Origin: a virus
Lineage: Duplodnaviria > Caudoviricetes
Direction: 5' to 3' (one strand)
IMG/VR virus record: IMGVR_UViG_3300025356_000001
Location: 1 to 44,914 of that record
Length of the DNA: 44,914 nucleotides
Shown in pieces: positions 41,712-44,914 of the stretch (its first letter is position 1; each line of letters starts with the position of its first letter). A program made the translations under genes and the position numbers. A model generated the notes under the pieces. It made no database searches, was not told the origin of the DNA, and saw only the letters and a program-made list of their open reading frames with translations.

Positions 41712-42188
41712 ATGCCAGCGACAAAATATGATTGGGAAGCCATCGAGCTTCATTACAACACAACAGGAAGAGACTTTGCAACAACAGCCAAGGCAATGGG
41801 GATTCCGAAAAATACTCTGATCGTCCGTGCTACTCGCAAAGGATGGAAGACACCAGGCAATGCTGTCAGGAAGATTGAGGAGGGGAGAGAAGAACTAAAG
41901 GAGATGACACCTCACCTTGTCACCATGAATCCCGTGGAAGCTGTGAAGGCTACGATTGAGGAACAACGCGACAAGTTCATCGGGGGAATCTCCTCCGGCC
42001 TATCTCGCGCCGCCGAAGAGATCGGGAGGATGGACGCTGGTGCAATCATCGCAGGCTCCAGGGAGATCAAGTCACTCACCGACTCAGCTCGTGTAATATA
42101 TAACTTAGGAGGCGAAACTTCATCAGCATCCGTATCAATTAACCTTCTAAACATGGACGCTTCTTCCCTGCTTTCTGTAAGTCGTTGA
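41712..42188 (+). CDS. Terminase small subunit (probable)
   Basis: N-terminal HTH YDWEAIELHY...A...GI...TL..RA.R.GW, helical oligomerisation region, beta-type C-terminus VSINLL. Confidence 0.7.
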   Translation: MPATKYDWEAIELHYNTTGRDFATTAKAMGIPKNTLIVRATRKGWKTPGNAVRKIEEGREELKEMTPHLVTMNPVEAVKATIEEQRDKFIGGISSGLSRAAEEIGRMDAGAIIAGSREIKSLTDSARVIYNLGGETSSASVSINLLNMDASSLLSVSR

Positions 42189-42424
42189 TAATCAACGAGC
42201 ATCACTATTCATTATTAACAATTATCTGAAGTTATAGAGATTCCGTCTCTATTGGCCCAGAAATGAAAAAGAATGCTTTAATTTTCCAGGGTAGCTTGAC
42301 GTGCACCCCCCTCGACGCGAGAAGTTTCGCCGTCGTGTTCGCGAGAAAACCTCTATACAAATTTTCCTAAAAATCCCCAAGTGACAGAACATAGTTCTGA
42401 CAAATATCTGTATAAACGTAAAAC

Positions 42425-42640
42425 CTACTTGCGTTTTTTCTGATATGCAGGAGGATGCGCTCTCCCGTACAGCGATTGGCATCGCTTTTCATCTGGAAGC
42501 ATCTGCGTATGAATACGGAGACGCATAGCGTATTCTGGGTCTAGTTGACCTGCTATGGTTCCGCAATCTTGACCTTGTTCTATGAGGTAGATTGCTTGAG
42601 ATAGGAGGGATGATTGATTTCCGTGGTAGTTGGTTTTCAT
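42425..42640 (-). CDS. Hypothetical protein (71 aa)
   Basis: A-rich leader aaaaacaata-ATG; minus-strand promoter upstream at 42905-42933. Confidence 0.5.
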   Translation of the reverse strand: MKTNYHGNQSSLLSQAIYLIEQGQDCGTIAGQLDPEYAMRLRIHTQMLPDEKRCQSLYGRAHPPAYQKKRK

Positions 42641-42904
42641 TATTGTTTTTATCAATTGCGCTCGGCTGGCTTGGGGCCGCCGCGCTTGATTATATTAAAG
42701 CATCTCTGGCATAAAAAAGAAAAGAAGAATTAGAAAGAAACAACCCCCCTAGTCCCCCCATGCTTGGAGGAAAGAAAGGTCAAGAAGAAAAGGGAATCCC
42801 TTGATCCAGAAGGGGAGGCCGTTTTGTCTGCGGCATCGCCTACTTTATAGGGTCATGTGGTACGCATTCACACCCACCCATCAGTTCTTTGGGAGAACGA
42901 GAAG

Positions 42905-42936
42905 ATATTGCCATATGGGATGATGTGTGTCAAGAT
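42905..42936. promoter_or_regulatory. Overlapping divergent promoters
   Basis: Plus: TTGCCA-N17-CAAGAT-N7-GTG(42944); minus: TTGACA-N17-CAATAT. Confidence 0.5.
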
Positions 42937-42943
42937 CCCTGCC

Positions 42944-43591
42944 GTGAAAATTCTTGATAATGGAATAGCTGTGATTGAAGGGGATACGCATATCTCTAGG
43001 TGGGTGGAGATGGAGGGGAGACTTGACCACGACCAGAACTCATTGCCAATCATCCTTGAGCATATCAAGGAAGGGGATTGGGTGGTGGATGCTGGGGCTT
43101 TTATCGGGGATCATACAAGAGCTTATCTGGATAGGGTGAAAGACTCTGGTCGAGTCTTTGCCTTTGAGCCAAACCCAGAGGCATTTAAGTGCTTGGTGCA
43201 TAACTGCCCAGAAGCTCGCTGTGAGCCTTTTGGGTTGTCTGACCTTGATGGTAGTGCTGGATTGCTTGTTAACCCCAATAGCGGGGCTTCTAGGCTCTAC
43301 GATGGGGATTCTATTGTGGTTGTGAAGCTGGATGATTACGAGTTGCCGCAGTTGAATTTCTTGAAACTAGATGTGGAAGGGTGGGAGCTAAAGGCTTTGA
43401 GGGGAGCGGAATCCATTATTGAAAAGCATCGACCTGTCATGTGGATAGAGATAAACAAGGGAGCCTTGGCTGAACAAGGAGCTGAGCCAAAAGATGTGAT
43501 GAGATTTCTTTTTGATTACGATTATGACTTTAGCCCCTACCCAGAAGAGGGTGGGCCTCAATACGATCTTCTCTGTATACCATGCAAGTAG
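42944..43591 (+). CDS. FkbM-family SAM-dependent methyltransferase
   Basis: VVDAGAFIG.HT, VFAFEPNP, GLSD, LDD...FLKLDVEG.E..AL.GA...I....PV..IE. Confidence 0.92.
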   Translation: MKILDNGIAVIEGDTHISRWVEMEGRLDHDQNSLPIILEHIKEGDWVVDAGAFIGDHTRAYLDRVKDSGRVFAFEPNPEAFKCLVHNCPEARCEPFGLSDLDGSAGLLVNPNSGASRLYDGDSIVVVKLDDYELPQLNFLKLDVEGWELKALRGAESIIEKHRPVMWIEINKGALAEQGAEPKDVMRFLFDYDYDFSPYPEEGGPQYDLLCIPCK

Positions 43592-44271
43592 ACATCTTTA
43601 TCCGTAGCTGGCATGGCGACTTTAATTGGCTTGAGTATTGCTTGAGATCAATCAAGAAGTATGCGAAAGGCTTTCACAAGATTCATGTCTGCATCCCGAT
43701 TCAAGACTATCCATTATTGCCTGATGTGGGTGGGGTGGAAGTGCATCTGGTTGAGCGTTGGGATGACGATTATATTGGGCAACAGAATGACAAGCTCCAT
43801 GCCGATTGGTATTGCAGGAGTCCTTATATCTTGGTGATGGATAGTGATTGCGTGTTCACTCAAGAAGTCAGCCCTGCCGACTTCTTTCGTGAGGGGAATC
43901 CTGTTTGGTTGTATGAATCAGTTCCTCACGACCAGTCTCCTTGGTATCCGATCACGCAAGAGGCTATCAAGTCCATGCCAGAGTTTGAGTTTATGAGGCG
44001 GCATCCTTTTGTGTTTACGAGGCAGTCGCTTCGAGACTTTAGAGACTTCATGTTCAACTGCCATCAAGAAGACATCTCACAATGGCTCAAGAAGCGTCCT
44101 AAAGGCCGTTTTAGCGAGTTTAATGCGTTTGGGGCATGGGCGTATCGGAATTACTACAAACACTTCGCTTGGCTCCATCCTAGCGAGATGGAGACGTATG
44201 TGATGCAGAAGTGGTCATGGGGCGGGTTGTCTGGCGAGATAAAAGAGGAATTGGAAAAGATCCTAGCCTAG
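43582..44271 (+). CDS. Glycosyltransferase-like (GT-A fold) protein
   Basis: VDIFIRS...D..WL.YCLRSI.KY, Y.GQQ..KL.A, ILVMDSDC.F (DxD), FSEFN..G. Confidence 0.75.
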   Translation: MQVDIFIRSWHGDFNWLEYCLRSIKKYAKGFHKIHVCIPIQDYPLLPDVGGVEVHLVERWDDDYIGQQNDKLHADWYCRSPYILVMDSDCVFTQEVSPADFFREGNPVWLYESVPHDQSPWYPITQEAIKSMPEFEFMRRHPFVFTRQSLRDFRDFMFNCHQEDISQWLKKRPKGRFSEFNAFGAWAYRNYYKHFAWLHPSEMETYVMQKWSWGGLSGEIKEELEKILA

Positions 44272-44300
44272 TTCCTTGGCATGGGGTAGAAGGGGGAAGC

Positions 44301-44588
44301 ATGGCAAAGAAGCGCACAACCAAGCCGGTAAAGGCAATCCCCGTTAAGGAGGAAACTCGTGTTATTGATGCTGTGCAACAACTTCGTAATATGGGGGCAG
44401 AACATTTTGATGTGGGTGTGATTCTTTTATCCACAGAGGTAGAGGGCAAAACTACTTTTCATTCTGTTCATTGGGGAAATGAATTTGCCGCAAAAGCAAT
44501 AGTGAACAACTATGTTGAAAATATTATGGAAGATTGCAATGAGGACTGGGAGGGAGAATGGGGAGATGATTGCGAGGAAGAAGATTAA
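44301..44588 (+). CDS. Hypothetical protein with basic N-terminus and very acidic C-terminus
   Basis: ATG 44301 (MAKKRTTKPV); ends EDWEGEWGDDCEEED. Confidence 0.65.
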   Translation: MAKKRTTKPVKAIPVKEETRVIDAVQQLRNMGAEHFDVGVILLSTEVEGKTTFHSVHWGNEFAAKAIVNNYVENIMEDCNEDWEGEWGDDCEEED

Positions 44589-44593
44589 ATCAG

Positions 44594-44622
44594 TTGACTT
44601 CTTTTGAGATAGTAGGGTAATT
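44594..44622 (+). promoter_or_regulatory. Putative promoter of the virion operon
   Basis: TTGACT-N17-GTAATT, as before the capsid gene; ATG 44634 follows after 11 nt. Confidence 0.45.
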
Positions 44623-44633
44623 ATTAGCCGATC

Positions 44634-44914
44634 ATGGCTTCCCTCACGTTCGCACAGGCTAAAACTCTTTTAGCTCCCTATATCTCTTCTGTAGGGCCGA
44701 CTGATCCTGTAGTTGCGGCGGCAATCAATTTTGTCAATGAGAGGTTTATTTCCTCTGGGCAGTTTAGGGGGAATAGGTTTATTCATTCCTTTACCGTCAG
44801 CACAGATTCAGAGGGCAACAATTACTTTGATACCGTCACGGGAATTGAAGCCGTATTGAAGGTGCTGGCAGTTGATCCTGACTACATGACTGGAGAGTTG
44901 GGCGATGTGATGCC
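44634..44914 (+). CDS. 5' part of the junction-spanning 237-aa gene (continues at 128..560)
   Basis: MASLTFAQAKTLLAPYISSVGPTDPVVAAAINFVNERFISSGQF... open to the window end, in frame with 69..560. Confidence 0.8.
   Translation, partial: MASLTFAQAKTLLAPYISSVGPTDPVVAAAINFVNERFISSGQFRGNRFIHSFTVSTDSEGNNYFDTVTGIEAVLKVLAVDPDYMTGELGDVM
44788..44914. repeat. Terminal direct repeat, right copy
   Basis: Identical to 1-127. Confidence 0.97.

Noticed and set aside
42610-42714. 34-aa hydrophobic plus-strand ORF (MIDFRGSWFSLLFLSIALGWLGAAALDYIKASLA) as a type I toxin
   Set aside because: AGGAGG is only 1 nt from the ATG, and the ORF overlaps the start of the better-supported minus gene 42425-42640.
1-44914. 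Prophage/integrase module or alternative genetic code
   Set aside because: No integrase, repressor cassette or host genes seen; the standard code gives dense, tightly coupled ORFs using TAA, TAG and TGA stops.

Overview
The window is a complete, circularly assembled tailed dsDNA phage genome of 44,787 bp. Bases 1-127 are repeated exactly at 44788-44914, which looks like an assembler overlap, and one gene runs across the junction. It is probably podovirus-like (giant internal-virion-type protein, no recognisable tape measure or tail tube) and infects a diderm host (lipoprotein spanin candidate); I cannot name the host. Recognisable genes include major capsid protein, portal, scaffold, TerL, a probable TerS, LamG and collagen-type fibres, a GH108 endolysin with holin/spanin candidates, ERF recombinase, a metallophosphoesterase, a PD-(D/E)XK nuclease, DnaB, an SSB-like protein, two HNH endonucleases, a C5 DNA methyltransferase, a FkbM methyltransferase, two glycosyltransferase-like proteins and a PurD-like ATP-grasp enzyme. 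I found no integrase, polymerase, primase, tRNA or CRISPR array. Most notable: (1) a C5-MTase whose motifs are split between two fully overlapping open frames, with repeated TRD-like units in the +1 frame; (2) three Lys-rich micro-genes nested in the +1 frame of the 1738-aa virion gene; (3) an ATP-grasp ligase inside the head-assembly cluster, plus GT/FkbM genes, suggesting virion modification; (4) structured non-coding RNA candidates and a repeated hairpin+GCACTACA leader in a leftward gene island; (5) several apparently leaderless promoters. All family calls are from motif recognition by eye; no searches were run.
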